A stretch of DNA of 64,000 bases, taken from a virus. This document shows, piece after piece, positions 10,010 to 19,596 of the stretch (positions are counted from its first letter, which is position 1; each line of letters starts with the position of its first letter). The stretch spans positions 15,792 to 79,791 of the IMG/VR virus record IMGVR_UViG_3300023174_000003; one strand, written 5' to 3'. The position numbers and the translations under genes were made by a program. The notes under the pieces were generated by a model that had not been told where the DNA came from, made no database searches, and saw nothing but the letters and a program-made list of their open reading frames with translations.

Positions 10010-10852
10010 TTAAACCAAGTCCGGATCGTAGACCCCGCACCTTTCAATTTGTGAATAATATTCTGCCACCAGTGCATACCAGTCTTCCCTCAAGCTATCC
10101 AAAAACCTTCTAGATATCTTGAATACTTGTGTACGTACGGGTGTCGATACCAAAATTGCAGCCTGCTGGACCTTCATCCCAAGAGTCTGTTCAATGCCTA
10201 GGTCGTAAGCTGCGAGCTGCTTCAACGTTTTTTTAAATTTCATGTTGCCACCTAAGAGGTCTCGCCATTCTTGCGACCCTTTTTCCACATCCTTAGGCCA
10301 ATTCCGACTATAGGGTTTAACGCTGGTCTTTAGGTCAGCTAGCGTCAGTTTTCCGCCGACCACCCCAATTAGGTCAGGAGATCCAGCCCATGCCCGATCC
10401 TCGTGGTCCTTACCCCATACCCTGCCTACCCCATCTGCTGATAAAGCGAAATGATGTTTTTCTAACAGGGGAGTTTCCGCCCAGAGTATTTCGTCAAACT
10501 GATCCAAAATCTTGGGCATTCCCTCCCAATATTCCTTGTATTCCTCAGGTATCTCGACAGGTAATTTTTTGCAGTACGACTCCATCCCGGCGTGAATACA
10601 AGTGCCGCGTTCTGCAGCAGCCTCCTTCACCCCTGGATTATTCTTGGACCACATCTCCAATTTTTTCTTATTAGCTTCCGATGCAGTCTCAGAAAGTATT
10701 GTTGTTACCGAAGGCGCTGGTCCTGTATAGAACGGAGTGTTGTAATGGCGCTTGCCGTTGATTGTAACCCTGGAGGGCAGTTGATTTAACTGCGCGTAAT
10801 CCGCACTATAATCGGAATTAATCCGTTTTTCCCTGCTTGGTGAGACAGACAT
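10010..10852 (-). CDS. PD-(D/E)XK exonuclease
   Basis: PSVTTILS, AAERGTCIH, AGSPDLIG, ADLKTS, QLAAY. Confidence 0.85.
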   Translation of the reverse strand: MSVSPSREKRINSDYSADYAQLNQLPSRVTINGKRHYNTPFYTGPAPSVTTILSETASEANKKKLEMWSKNNPGVKEAAAERGTCIHAGMESYCKKLPVEIPEEYKEYWEGMPKILDQFDEILWAETPLLEKHHFALSADGVGRVWGKDHEDRAWAGSPDLIGVVGGKLTLADLKTSVKPYSRNWPKDVEKGSQEWRDLLGGNMKFKKTLKQLAAYDLGIEQTLGMKVQQAAILVSTPVRTQVFKISRRFLDSLREDWYALVAEYYSQIERCGVYDPDLV

Positions 10853-11023
10853 TACAGGGTTTAAACTTATATTAAATATAGTCTACACCTAGTGTTTCCA
10901 TGGATCTAATCAATATCTTAATAATGTTTTTATTATTGGACTTGGTTGTTATTACTGCCATTCTTGCTGTTCTTTATCCTGGTTGAAGTACAATCTACGT
11001 ATACCTACCGACCAAATTTTCTC

Positions 11024-11170
11024 ATGGGCTGCGGCATTTCTCGATTTTATATCTGTACTGATCGAGAGGAAAATGAAGGGTACGTAATTGATTTAGTCAC
11101 CGAGGATGCAGAAGAATATGAAGAAAAGCTTAAGGCAGAAGATGCTGACTACCTGCGTGTAGACCAATGA
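11024..11170 (+). CDS. small acidic hypothetical protein
   Basis: MGCGISRFY..., ATGA-coupled to the next gene. Confidence 0.45.
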   Translation: MGCGISRFYICTDREENEGYVIDLVTEDAEEYEEKLKAEDADYLRVDQ

Positions 11171-11901
11171 GCAAACTTCCTGTCATCGCAGTTCCCGTCA
11201 TGGTTGACGGTGAAAAACTCATCCGCCACTTCAAAACTGTTGACGTACCCCTACGTAGGTATTTCATCTTAGATAACTCCATGGGCAGAGACCCCTCCGT
11301 AGATGAGGCCATCAAAGAAATCCTGGACACAAAACCTGACCATATTGATGAGGTAGCAATCTGCTCGGTCTACCAAAACACTGGCTTCCCTGGGGCAGTC
11401 AACCTAACCATCCGTCAAAATACCGACTGTGATTACTGGGTCATCAGTGGATTTGACTGGTGGCCAGCCCCTGGTGAATGGCAAAAAATTCTTAATCACA
11501 TCGGTGGCCTACCCCATGGAGCAACCCTGGGACTAGGGAATGATGAGATGTGCGGCATGGTAATAACCCATGACCTCCTGCAGCGCGTAGGGTACTTTGA
11601 CGAGAACTTCTTTCCCGGATACTTTGAAGATAATGATTACCGTTATCGCCTAAAACTTACCAACACAAAGATTGGTTCTATACCTTTAGCCAGTGAACAT
11701 GCCACTAGTAGTACACTGAATAGTGCAGAATCATTCCAAAAAAAGAACTCTGTTTCATTCCAAGAGAATTACAACTATTATGTAAGGAAGTGGGGTGGAC
11801 CTCCTAGCCGAGAAACTTATGTTACGCCGTTTAACCAAAATGTTCCAGTCGATTACTGGAGATACAACCCAGCTCGGACCCAAGCCCTTCGTTGGGCCTG
11901 A
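11167..11901 (+). CDS. GT-A (family 2-like) glycosyltransferase
   Basis: ILDN, NTGFPGAVN, VGYFDENFFPGYFEDNDYRYR, YVRKWG. Confidence 0.8.
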   Translation: MSKLPVIAVPVMVDGEKLIRHFKTVDVPLRRYFILDNSMGRDPSVDEAIKEILDTKPDHIDEVAICSVYQNTGFPGAVNLTIRQNTDCDYWVISGFDWWPAPGEWQKILNHIGGLPHGATLGLGNDEMCGMVITHDLLQRVGYFDENFFPGYFEDNDYRYRLKLTNTKIGSIPLASEHATSSTLNSAESFQKKNSVSFQENYNYYVRKWGGPPSRETYVTPFNQNVPVDYWRYNPARTQALRWA

Positions 11902-13063
11902 GGAGGTCTTACTTGATCTGGGCTTACAGCCCCTAGTCAATAACCTCTGCACTACCAAAGATGAGTCGTTGTCTATTGAGAAGTACAAACTCAGAGCAAC
12001 TATTGATAAGGACCTAGTAATCAAACTGGATACTACAGTCCCATCAGATAAACTGTATAAGAATTACTTATATTACTCAGGGGTTAACAAGCCGTACATT
12101 AACCACTGCCGCCTTCTTTGGCACGAGCTTAAACACCTCAAGCATGACACCATTATTGACATTGGTGGTAACGATGGCACTCTCCTTAAAGTTTTCCAAG
12201 GACAAACTAATGACAAGCTACGTTTAATTAATGTAGATGCCAGTGAGTCTTTTAAAGAAGATAACTATCTTTCCAACATTGAATATGTCAATGCATATTT
12301 TAATAAAAATTTAGATCTGCCCAAGGCAGACATGATTATTTCTACTAATGTATTGCAGCATACGCCTGACGTACACAGGTTTGTAGAAGGTATTAAACAA
12401 CATCTGGACGGCGTCTGGATCCTGGAATTTCCATATACCCTAAATACAATTAAAACTTTGCAATTCGACCAGTTTTACCATGAGCATTACTACTACTGGC
12501 TAGTCACGCCCCTTGAAAAAATCTTTAAAGAGTATGGCCTTACCATTTTTCATGCCCAAGAAAAACCTATTCATGGCGGAACAATGCGCCTATGGATTAC
12601 CAATAAGACTACCTACGCTGGTACTAATGCCCATCTTAGGTACATAGAAAAAGAAAAGGAATTTGACTATAGCCAGTATTGCTCCAAGGTAAATGTCAAG
12701 ATCCTTAGAGACACAGTCTTCCTCAATAACCTGGAAGGCACCACTGCTTACTTTGGTGCAGCAGCAAAAGGTTGTGTGTACCTCAACGCTTTAGGCGTCA
12801 GTACTGCAACAGATTCCAATGCATATGTTGTTGATGATACCGAGGCTAAGCAAGGATTATATGTCCCTGGCACCGGGATGCAAATCTTAAATCGCAATTA
12901 TCTATACAAAAACAAACCTGATAATCTCATTATTCTTGCTCATAACTACAGAGATTATCTCATTCAGGACCTACGGTCCCACTATGAAGGTCGAATCATC
13001 ACAATGCTACCGTCCATTGAGATTGACATGTATGATGACAACAGGTCTTACTTTCAACAATGA
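11795..13063 (+). CDS. NDP-hexose C-methyltransferase-like SAM-dependent methyltransferase (start uncertain)
   Basis: LDLGLQPLVN, YLYYS, IDIGGNDGTLL, FDQFYHEHYYY, IHGGTMR, FGAAAKG, GLYVPGTG, ILAHNY. Confidence 0.85.
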   Translation: MDLLAEKLMLRRLTKMFQSITGDTTQLGPKPFVGPEEVLLDLGLQPLVNNLCTTKDESLSIEKYKLRATIDKDLVIKLDTTVPSDKLYKNYLYYSGVNKPYINHCRLLWHELKHLKHDTIIDIGGNDGTLLKVFQGQTNDKLRLINVDASESFKEDNYLSNIEYVNAYFNKNLDLPKADMIISTNVLQHTPDVHRFVEGIKQHLDGVWILEFPYTLNTIKTLQFDQFYHEHYYYWLVTPLEKIFKEYGLTIFHAQEKPIHGGTMRLWITNKTTYAGTNAHLRYIEKEKEFDYSQYCSKVNVKILRDTVFLNNLEGTTAYFGAAAKGCVYLNALGVSTATDSNAYVVDDTEAKQGLYVPGTGMQILNRNYLYKNKPDNLIILAHNYRDYLIQDLRSHYEGRIITMLPSIEIDMYDDNRSYFQQ

Positions 13064-13713
13064 ACCAACTCTGGCACATCCCCTCACAAGAGATTAATGC
13101 AATCCTTAATAAGCATGAGGTCAATGGGTTTGAAGCCGTTGGTGGCACCGATAAAAATACCATTCATAACTATACCGGAATCTATCAGCATGTCTTGCAA
13201 CCTTACCGCAAGCTCCCTGGTACCCTACTGGAGTTAGGTGTACAACACGGCGGATCTTCTTTGCTGTGGCATGACTATCTTCCCAACTTCCAACTACACC
13301 TGGTAGACATTACCAACATTGCTCCCAGTAAAATCTGGGATAGCATGAATGCAGATCGTTATACTTTCTACAATATTGATGGGTATACCGATACAACAGT
13401 ACAGAAGTTTAAAGAAGAAGTACCTGATGGGTTTGATGTCATTATTGATGATGGTCCCCATACCCTACAGAGTCAAATCTTTGCTGTTAACTCTTACTTC
13501 CCAATGCTCAAGCCTGGTGGCATCTTGATTATTGAAGACATACAAGACAGTAATCATCTGGACATTCTTACTGATTGCCTGGATGATCGATGCTTTGATG
13601 ATGTACGTACATTTGACGTACGTCGTACTAAGGGTCGATATGACGATTTAATCTGGACGGTTACCAAACCTGATACTGTCGGTTCTCCGATCCAAGGGTG
13701 TCTGCTCAACTGA
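13060..13713 (+). CDS. class I SAM-dependent methyltransferase
   Basis: TDKNTIHNY, LELGVQHGGS, FDVIIDDGPH, LKPGGILIIED. Confidence 0.85.
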   Translation: MNQLWHIPSQEINAILNKHEVNGFEAVGGTDKNTIHNYTGIYQHVLQPYRKLPGTLLELGVQHGGSSLLWHDYLPNFQLHLVDITNIAPSKIWDSMNADRYTFYNIDGYTDTTVQKFKEEVPDGFDVIIDDGPHTLQSQIFAVNSYFPMLKPGGILIIEDIQDSNHLDILTDCLDDRCFDDVRTFDVRRTKGRYDDLIWTVTKPDTVGSPIQGCLLN

Positions 13714-13794
13714 CATCCTTTGTGTCATACTATTGATACCAGCAATTGTTTCATGTACATCTACCCTATACTTAGAAAACCCAAGGCATCTGAA

Positions 13795-13995
13795 ATGGCA
13801 CTATCAAAACAAGTCAAAGATTCAGTACAAGAAGCAGGCGCCAGCTTGCGTAATGCACTAGCCTTTGCTGCCCGTGGGGAACACCCCATTATTATTCAGG
13901 GCTTGGCTGAGATTCTAATGAAGCTTGACGCCCTAGAAACCATTGATGAATTCATGGCTAAGATGGGTGACCACAAGATGTGCGGACCCTTTTGA
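13795..13995 (+). CDS. hypothetical protein
   Basis: MALSKQVKDSVQEAGASLRNALAFAAR..., helical. Confidence 0.55.
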   Translation: MALSKQVKDSVQEAGASLRNALAFAARGEHPIIIQGLAEILMKLDALETIDEFMAKMGDHKMCGPF

Positions 13996-14002
13996 TACCT
14001 AG

Positions 14003-14203
14003 TTATTTTTTCTTAGGTGTCCTTGCTTTCTTGCTAGCTTTTTTAGCTGCTTCTGTGTTGGGTACAAATTGCTTGTTTTGTTTGCTACCAGCTTTCTTCT
14101 TGGCATCTGTCTTGGCACGTTCCTCTTTTGAAAGAGAAGCCCACGCCTTCTCTGGTAGATAACGCTTAGTACCGTCTGGTGTAATTGCTTTATCAGCTGT
14201 CAT
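14003..14203 (-). CDS. basic protein resembling the C-terminal half of DUF5872-type proteins
   Basis: KRYLPEKAWASLS..TDAKK..KQFVPNT. Confidence 0.6.
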   Translation of the reverse strand: MTADKAITPDGTKRYLPEKAWASLSKEERAKTDAKKKAGSKQNKQFVPNTEAAKKASKKARTPKKK

Positions 14204-14204
14204 T

Positions 14205-14405
14205 TTAGTTTCTTGGGATAACACTAAGGATTGTTTGTTTGACTTCAGGAGAGTAATTGCTATTGGCTAAGTCTTCAACACGAAAAGGGTATTGATATGT
14301 TAAAAAAGCATCTCTTAATTCTGGGTTGCTTGTTTGGCTTGCTAGTTTATGCATTAAACTTTGACTTGGAAAAGCGTTAGGAATATACTTACCTGCTAAT
14401 TCCAT
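14205..14405 (-). CDS. hypothetical protein (MELAGKY paralogue)
   Basis: 66-aa ORF tightly packed in the operon. Confidence 0.55.
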   Translation of the reverse strand: MELAGKYIPNAFPSQSLMHKLASQTSNPELRDAFLTYQYPFRVEDLANSNYSPEVKQTILSVIPRN

Positions 14406-14408
14406 TAC

Positions 14409-14606
14409 TTACTTTCCTTGTTTAATGTATGCATCAACTACTGTAGCTGGATCAACATTTAAAGCCATAGCTGCCGGAATAATACGAGCTACCATTTCAC
14501 TTTCAATATCACCTCCTGCTAGCTGTCTTGAATCTTTCTGCATATAATTTTTTGCTAATGCAATGACATTATTAAAAGATGTTGCATATTTACCAGCTAA
14601 TTCCAT
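14409..14606 (-). CDS. hypothetical protein (MELAGKY paralogue)
   Basis: 65-aa ORF with the same N-terminal heptapeptide as its neighbour. Confidence 0.55.
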   Translation of the reverse strand: MELAGKYATSFNNVIALAKNYMQKDSRQLAGGDIESEMVARIIPAAMALNVDPATVVDAYIKQGK

Positions 14607-14890
14607 TACTTACTCTCCTTGTATTTTTTAGCCGCAGCTTTAGCTTTACCACGTTTTTCATATTCATCTTTTGTTTGCCACTTTTCCTTACCCCATTTCT
14701 CTAGTGATTTTTGCCTAGAGTCTTTACCGCCTTGGTACCCACCACCAGCCTTTTCATATTCTTGCACAAGAAGTTGAGACTTTCTAGCGCTCCATTGACC
14801 GGGCTTACCTCCCTTGTCACCAGCCATTATACGATCTTTAATACGTTCACGTAACTCAGGCTTAGTATATTTGTTAGTATCTTGTGACAT
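14606..14890 (-). CDS. DUF5872-like basic protein (N-terminal half)
   Basis: YTKPELRERIK..GGKPGQWSARKSQ..YEKAGGGY..SLEKW. Confidence 0.65.
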   Translation of the reverse strand: MSQDTNKYTKPELRERIKDRIMAGDKGGKPGQWSARKSQLLVQEYEKAGGGYQGGKDSRQKSLEKWGKEKWQTKDEYEKRGKAKAAAKKYKESK

Positions 14891-14899
14891 AATTATTTA

Positions 14900-16444
14900 T
14901 TAACGAAAAAATAAACCTTTGGCTTCTGATATGCCCAATTCAGGAATAGTCACTTGTCCAAAAGGTGTGGGAAATTTCCATTTACCACCACGTTGTCTAG
15001 CAGCTTCTGCTTGTTTAAATTTAGTTTTGCGTAATTGATTTTCATAGGCTTCTTGTCTTGGAGTTATTTTAGAAGATCCTCCAAGTTGAGAAACTACTGC
15101 AATAGGATTAGCCGTTCTTGCAATACCTAATCCACCAGTCACAATACGAGCAGCTTGTGGACTAACCTTGCTTAAGATACCTGCACCCACACCAATAATA
15201 GGAGCAGTAGCTGCACCTGTTACATAGTCTCTTGCTATCAGTTGTGCTGTTTTACCAAGATCACCTCGTTCAGTAGCACTTCTAAATTCTGGATCAAATA
15301 AAGGTATAGATCCTGCAATATTAGAAGCAGTATTAAAACCTGCGCCCAAAGGACCACGTTCTTGTAATATGTTTTTTCCAATTAAATAATTTCTAGTCCC
15401 AATTGTTTTTTGTAAAGTAGTAAAATCTGCAGCAGGTGTGGTATTTAAAGCACTTGGTTTAGATGCATCATACTTATTTAAAAATTCAGTATAAGGTTGA
15501 ATAGGAAGTAACCGTTCATTCCCTCTGGTAAACATTTGTACATTTCCTGTACTTGGCCCATAAGCACCCCTTACACTGACTTCTGTCATAGGCCCTGCCA
15601 AGCCTGTTTTTTCATATAAATTAGCTCGCCAATCAGAATCACCTCCAGGACGTACGTTTTCATAACTTTCTCTAACTGGAGTTAATTGTGACACAGAACC
15701 AAAAGGTTTTTCTGCTTGCATAATTTCAGATTTAAATCTTTCTAATGTTTCATTTTTTAAATTTGAAGGTATCTCAAAACCTTTTTCATTTTTCCAATCA
15801 CTTGGAGTTAACATTTTTCCACTCATTCGTGTGTATGGCACAGCTCTAGCGCGAATTCTTTCAATGTCTTCTTGAGTACTTTGACGAAGTGGTCCAGAAT
15901 TTGAAAGAGGTGTTCCTGCATCTTCAGCTAAAAATGCAGCCCTTGAATCAACATAACTTCTAGGTTCGTTAAGTAATGCTGTGATTTCTTTTGTATTTAA
16001 ATCAATAACATTTGGAGAAGTTTCAAAACCATAATCAACAGTATTTCCAGTAGGCACTCGAAAATCTTTTAGAAAACGTTGAGCAGCAACAGTTGGAGTT
16101 CCACTACCAGGGAAAGGAAGTGTTTCAAACTTCATTTGCCATGGGTTTTTAGTATTTGGATCAATAGATCCTTCAAGATTAATTAATTGTTCTTCTCCAC
16201 CACTTAATCCCATTAGGTCAGATTGTATAATTTCTCGTTTAATATGTGGTCTTTCTCCAGGTAATTTATGACTCTCAGCTACTTCACTTATAACAGCGCC
16301 TGGAGTATTTAATATTCCTTTGCGTCCAATAATATTTCCTTCTCCATAAAAATCAAGAATCTCTTGATCTGTAGTTGTATTACGAAGATAGTCTGTTAAA
16401 AACTCATCAGCTTTTTGTTGTAAATTTGTAAATGGATTTGACAT
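14900..16444 (-). CDS. hypothetical protein, possibly an internal virion protein
   Basis: 514-aa ORF with a Gly/Ala-rich C-terminus. Confidence 0.65.
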   Translation of the reverse strand: MSNPFTNLQQKADEFLTDYLRNTTTDQEILDFYGEGNIIGRKGILNTPGAVISEVAESHKLPGERPHIKREIIQSDLMGLSGGEEQLINLEGSIDPNTKNPWQMKFETLPFPGSGTPTVAAQRFLKDFRVPTGNTVDYGFETSPNVIDLNTKEITALLNEPRSYVDSRAAFLAEDAGTPLSNSGPLRQSTQEDIERIRARAVPYTRMSGKMLTPSDWKNEKGFEIPSNLKNETLERFKSEIMQAEKPFGSVSQLTPVRESYENVRPGGDSDWRANLYEKTGLAGPMTEVSVRGAYGPSTGNVQMFTRGNERLLPIQPYTEFLNKYDASKPSALNTTPAADFTTLQKTIGTRNYLIGKNILQERGPLGAGFNTASNIAGSIPLFDPEFRSATERGDLGKTAQLIARDYVTGAATAPIIGVGAGILSKVSPQAARIVTGGLGIARTANPIAVVSQLGGSSKITPRQEAYENQLRKTKFKQAEAARQRGGKWKFPTPFGQVTIPELGISEAKGLFFR

Positions 16445-16995
16445 TAGTTATGCCTTAATGTAGCTTTTAAAAACCAAGTGGCTTTAAAAGTTTCTCCTGC
16501 TAGTTCTGCTGCATAATTTTCAATATCAATAGCTTCAACTTCTCTGGCAACCATAGCAAGATCTTTGGATTTCATAGCAAAGTCTTCTAGGTTTTTAAGA
16601 TATGTCATCAGCATTGACCTGCCATCATAACTAGTGACATTGTCAAAGTCAGGATGTGCTTCCCTTAATCCACATGCACACATAGGCATGAGGTAGTCCA
16701 TGCTACGCGTGAACTCAGCTAGCTTATCAAACTGTTCAACATGTGCTTCGTATTGTTCTTTTAAAAACTCATGGATAGAAAAGAAGTTACTGGCTTCATA
16801 GTTAAGATGATTTAGATGAGCTTGGGTATAAAGTTGATTTGCGTAAGAAGCATGGCCAATCAACTGTTGAATAAAGGTAGGAATATCAGGCTTGGCTACT
16901 ACAGCTTTAGTCTTTTTAGTTTTAGGTTCTACAACCTTAGGTTCCACCTGGGGCGCAGGAACATATTGTACGGGGGGTTGACCAGAGGTATACAT
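16444..16995 (-). CDS. dps: Dps/ferritin-like protein
   Basis: LYTQAHLNHLNY..NFFSIHEFLKEQYE..DKLAEFTRSM; C-terminal KATWFLKA. Confidence 0.8.
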   Translation of the reverse strand: MYTSGQPPVQYVPAPQVEPKVVEPKTKKTKAVVAKPDIPTFIQQLIGHASYANQLYTQAHLNHLNYEASNFFSIHEFLKEQYEAHVEQFDKLAEFTRSMDYLMPMCACGLREAHPDFDNVTSYDGRSMLMTYLKNLEDFAMKSKDLAMVAREVEAIDIENYAAELAGETFKATWFLKATLRHN

Positions 16996-17072
16996 AAGTC
17001 TTTATCAATATGTATAGTCTATCAAACCTTATTTTAAAAATCTTAAATTAGAATAATAAAAAAGAGTTTGTT

Positions 17073-17408
17073 ATGGCTAACACAGAAAGTTTCTTTGTTA
17101 CATACGATACATTAACAGCACCTGGATCTGGAGTTGCAACACCTGTTCAACTAGGTAGTTCTATTAGTACAAGGAATTATGTTTTGTTTGTTACTGTTGC
17201 AGCTGTTAACACTAACGTCATTGTTGCGTTAGAAGGTTCTATTGATGGTACAAATTATTCAAAAATAATTGCTAACAATACTATTACTGCTAATGGTACA
17301 ACTCATTACAATATTGCCAACCACCCAGTTAAATTTGTACAGCCTGTCTTTGTATCTGAATCAGGTGGTACAGCAGCTACTGTATTGTTTAGTGTAGGGG
17401 CAAATTAA
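17073..17408 (+). CDS. beta-rich hypothetical (probable virion) protein
   Basis: 111 aa with LEGSIDGTNY motif; own TAGAAT at 17049. Confidence 0.6.
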   Translation: MANTESFFVTYDTLTAPGSGVATPVQLGSSISTRNYVLFVTVAAVNTNVIVALEGSIDGTNYSKIIANNTITANGTTHYNIANHPVKFVQPVFVSESGGTAATVLFSVGAN

Positions 17409-18057
17409 TTTCTTGTTCTTTTATTGTATTCCAAAAGTAATCAGTCTCATCACCTAAAGCAAGACGATCATATGTGTTTTCTACTTGGTAATACTGAGTA
17501 GATACTTTAAAGTCAGGTGTTTTTGGTTCTGCTGGTGTCAAACTATTATCATAGATTCTTATTCTGTTATTAGGGTAAAGAGCATATTGACCATTCTCTA
17601 ACTCAATTAAATTAAAAGATTTATGCTCAGCAGGGCTTTCACTGGTAGCATAATCAATTACATCAGGATCTTGATGATAATTATCTATAGTACAAAGATA
17701 AATTCCTTTTTGGTTTCCATGATCACGAGTATGAATCTCATAATCCATTGAACCAATAAATTGTTTCTGTACAACAGTTATTCCATAGTCCATACAATTC
17801 CAAAACTGTAAGTTTGGAAGACTCATATCAGGAGAAGGCGTAGCAGGTAATGAAGTGAATGCACTGATAGGCAACTTATCATACATAGCTGCATACTCAG
17901 GTAGATAAGTTTCAAAATAAAAGGTGCGTCCAGGCATTGACTTAACAGATACCCACACACCTTTAACAAATTCACCCCATCCACCTTGGTGATCCATCAA
18001 ATATTCTTTACGTACCCATACTTCTTGTGATGGAAGATTAGCAATCAAACAAGCCAT
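17389..18057 (-). CDS. conserved phage hypothetical protein
   Basis: MACLIANLP..VWVRKEYL..YDKLPISAF..LQFWNC..EHKSFN..YPNNR; recalled from cyanophages. Confidence 0.75.
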   Translation of the reverse strand: MACLIANLPSQEVWVRKEYLMDHQGGWGEFVKGVWVSVKSMPGRTFYFETYLPEYAAMYDKLPISAFTSLPATPSPDMSLPNLQFWNCMDYGITVVQKQFIGSMDYEIHTRDHGNQKGIYLCTIDNYHQDPDVIDYATSESPAEHKSFNLIELENGQYALYPNNRIRIYDNSLTPAEPKTPDFKVSTQYYQVENTYDRLALGDETDYFWNTIKEQEINLPLH

Positions 18058-18170
18058 CTGTATCTTTTAGCTATATCTTATTAGTCTATAAGATCATTTG
18101 TAAAAACATCAAGGTCTTTACCCTGGATACCAGCGCAGGCTTTCTGATAAAAGTAACAGTCAGTTTTACC

Positions 18171-18200
18171 AGCCGCCTCCAAGGCGGCTTTAACTTTTTT
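18171..18200 (+). terminator. terminator-like hairpin
   Basis: AGCCGCC-TCCAA-GGCGGCT-TTAACTTTTTT. Confidence 0.55.
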
Positions 18201-18226
18201 CCATTTAATAATTTGTTCTTCTTCCA

Positions 18227-18562
18227 TCAGAATACAAAAGGTTGGGGAAGGGTTTCTTTAAAAAACACTGAATGTATTTCTTCAGCAATTCTTTGTTCTT
18301 TATTGGTGCGCTTGAGTTCATCTTCTATTACCCGTTTGAATTCCTCATAGTATTCTTCTGGGGTCAATTGATTTTCACTTACAAATTCAATATAGATGTC
18401 ATACAAACATTCATATAAACGTTTCTTATATGTTTCTTTATTAGTCTTTAAATACGTGCTTGTTTCCCTTGCATCTTTAGCCCCTAAAGAACCCCAAGCT
18501 TGGTTGCGTTCCTTCTCTGCCTTTGCCAGCAATTCAGAAAAAGACATAATAATACTTGTCAT
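18227..18562 (-). CDS. hypothetical protein
   Basis: 111-aa charged helical ORF. Confidence 0.55.
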   Translation of the reverse strand: MTSIIMSFSELLAKAEKERNQAWGSLGAKDARETSTYLKTNKETYKKRLYECLYDIYIEFVSENQLTPEEYYEEFKRVIEDELKRTNKEQRIAEEIHSVFFKETLPQPFVF

Positions 18563-18634
18563 AGCAATACTTTTTCAGGATAATGCAAATTTGACATTTT
18601 ATGAAAATTCAATAACAAAGAAATTCTATAGCTT

Positions 18635-18889
18635 TTAAATAATTGTTTTAGTAGTATCCGCTACTTCTTTTTTACCTGGCCGTTCATACCCATACTGGAC
18701 CAACCAATCCCTAAATGCCTCACCCGTAGGTGTTTTTACTGGCCATGCCACCCATTTAACCAATGCTTTTACATCAATAAACAACCCTGTGACATGGGGT
18801 TTCCATGCAATGAATACCAAAGGGGGACCTTCTCTGGATACCTCAACTTTTACTGATAGTCCCCCAGCTTTAAACTCATCTTCTTTCAT
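18635..18889 (-). CDS. hypothetical protein
   Basis: Coupled minus-strand ORF. Confidence 0.6.
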   Translation of the reverse strand: MKEDEFKAGGLSVKVEVSREGPPLVFIAWKPHVTGLFIDVKALVKWVAWPVKTPTGEAFRDWLVQYGYERPGKKEVADTTKTII

Positions 18890-19158
18890 CGATCAAATTC
18901 AGGTTCTTGTACCTGAGCAGCTTCTTCTTCTGCTAAAGCCTGGGCCGCAGCTTGCCGTAGTGCCACATCCAAATTAAAATCTTCAATAAATTTTAACCTT
19001 TGAAAGTATTCATCTCTGCAATGGACAGCTGCTTCATCTTTAAATTTCTCCCATAAACCTGTGTACAATCCATTACCAGGCTGGTACACATCATAGATGT
19101 GGTCCATGAAGTCAGCCTTCTGTTGTTCTTTTATAGAATCAATAAACATTGCTTTCAT
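18886..19158 (-). CDS. hypothetical protein
   Basis: Coupled minus-strand ORF. Confidence 0.6.
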   Translation of the reverse strand: MKAMFIDSIKEQQKADFMDHIYDVYQPGNGLYTGLWEKFKDEAAVHCRDEYFQRLKFIEDFNLDVALRQAAAQALAEEEAAQVQEPEFDR

Positions 19159-19342
19159 CTACATTGGTAATATTTGTGAACACACCTTGGACATCAGGTG
19201 TCAACTCAAAGAGCAGGTCAGCAATCTTATCCTGAAGCAGCTCACCTACTTCTGTTGTAGTACGCCCATTGAATGGGTCATAGATTATTTCAAGGTCAAC
19301 AGCAAATGAAATTGTAATGATGGGCTTGGGATCGGTTTTCAT
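19139..19342 (-). CDS. hypothetical protein
   Basis: Minus-strand ORF in the operon. Confidence 0.55.
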   Translation of the reverse strand: MKTDPKPIITISFAVDLEIIYDPFNGRTTTEVGELLQDKIADLLFELTPDVQGVFTNITNVDESNVY

Positions 19343-19368
19343 CTCTTAAATGAGAGTACTCAGAAAGT

Positions 19369-19596
19369 CTAGCTTCCTTTTGGAGGATTGGAACCAATAC
19401 CAATCAGTGTTGCTAATAGTGCTGACAAGGTTCCTGCTGCTCGTTCCCCTGGTGCTTTACAGACTGACAAGGATTGATCAGCTGCATTACCGCGTGGTAT
19501 TAGATAGAACATACATGCTGCCCAGTCAGCAACCGATAAACTTGCACTGGTAACCACCACTGCCAGAATACAAGTAGACAACCATTTAGCCATCAC
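19369..19596 (-). CDS. small membrane protein
   Basis: Two hydrophobic segments. Confidence 0.5.
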   Translation of the reverse strand: MMAKWLSTCILAVVVTSASLSVADWAACMFYLIPRGNAADQSLSVCKAPGERAAGTLSALLATLIGIGSNPPKGS

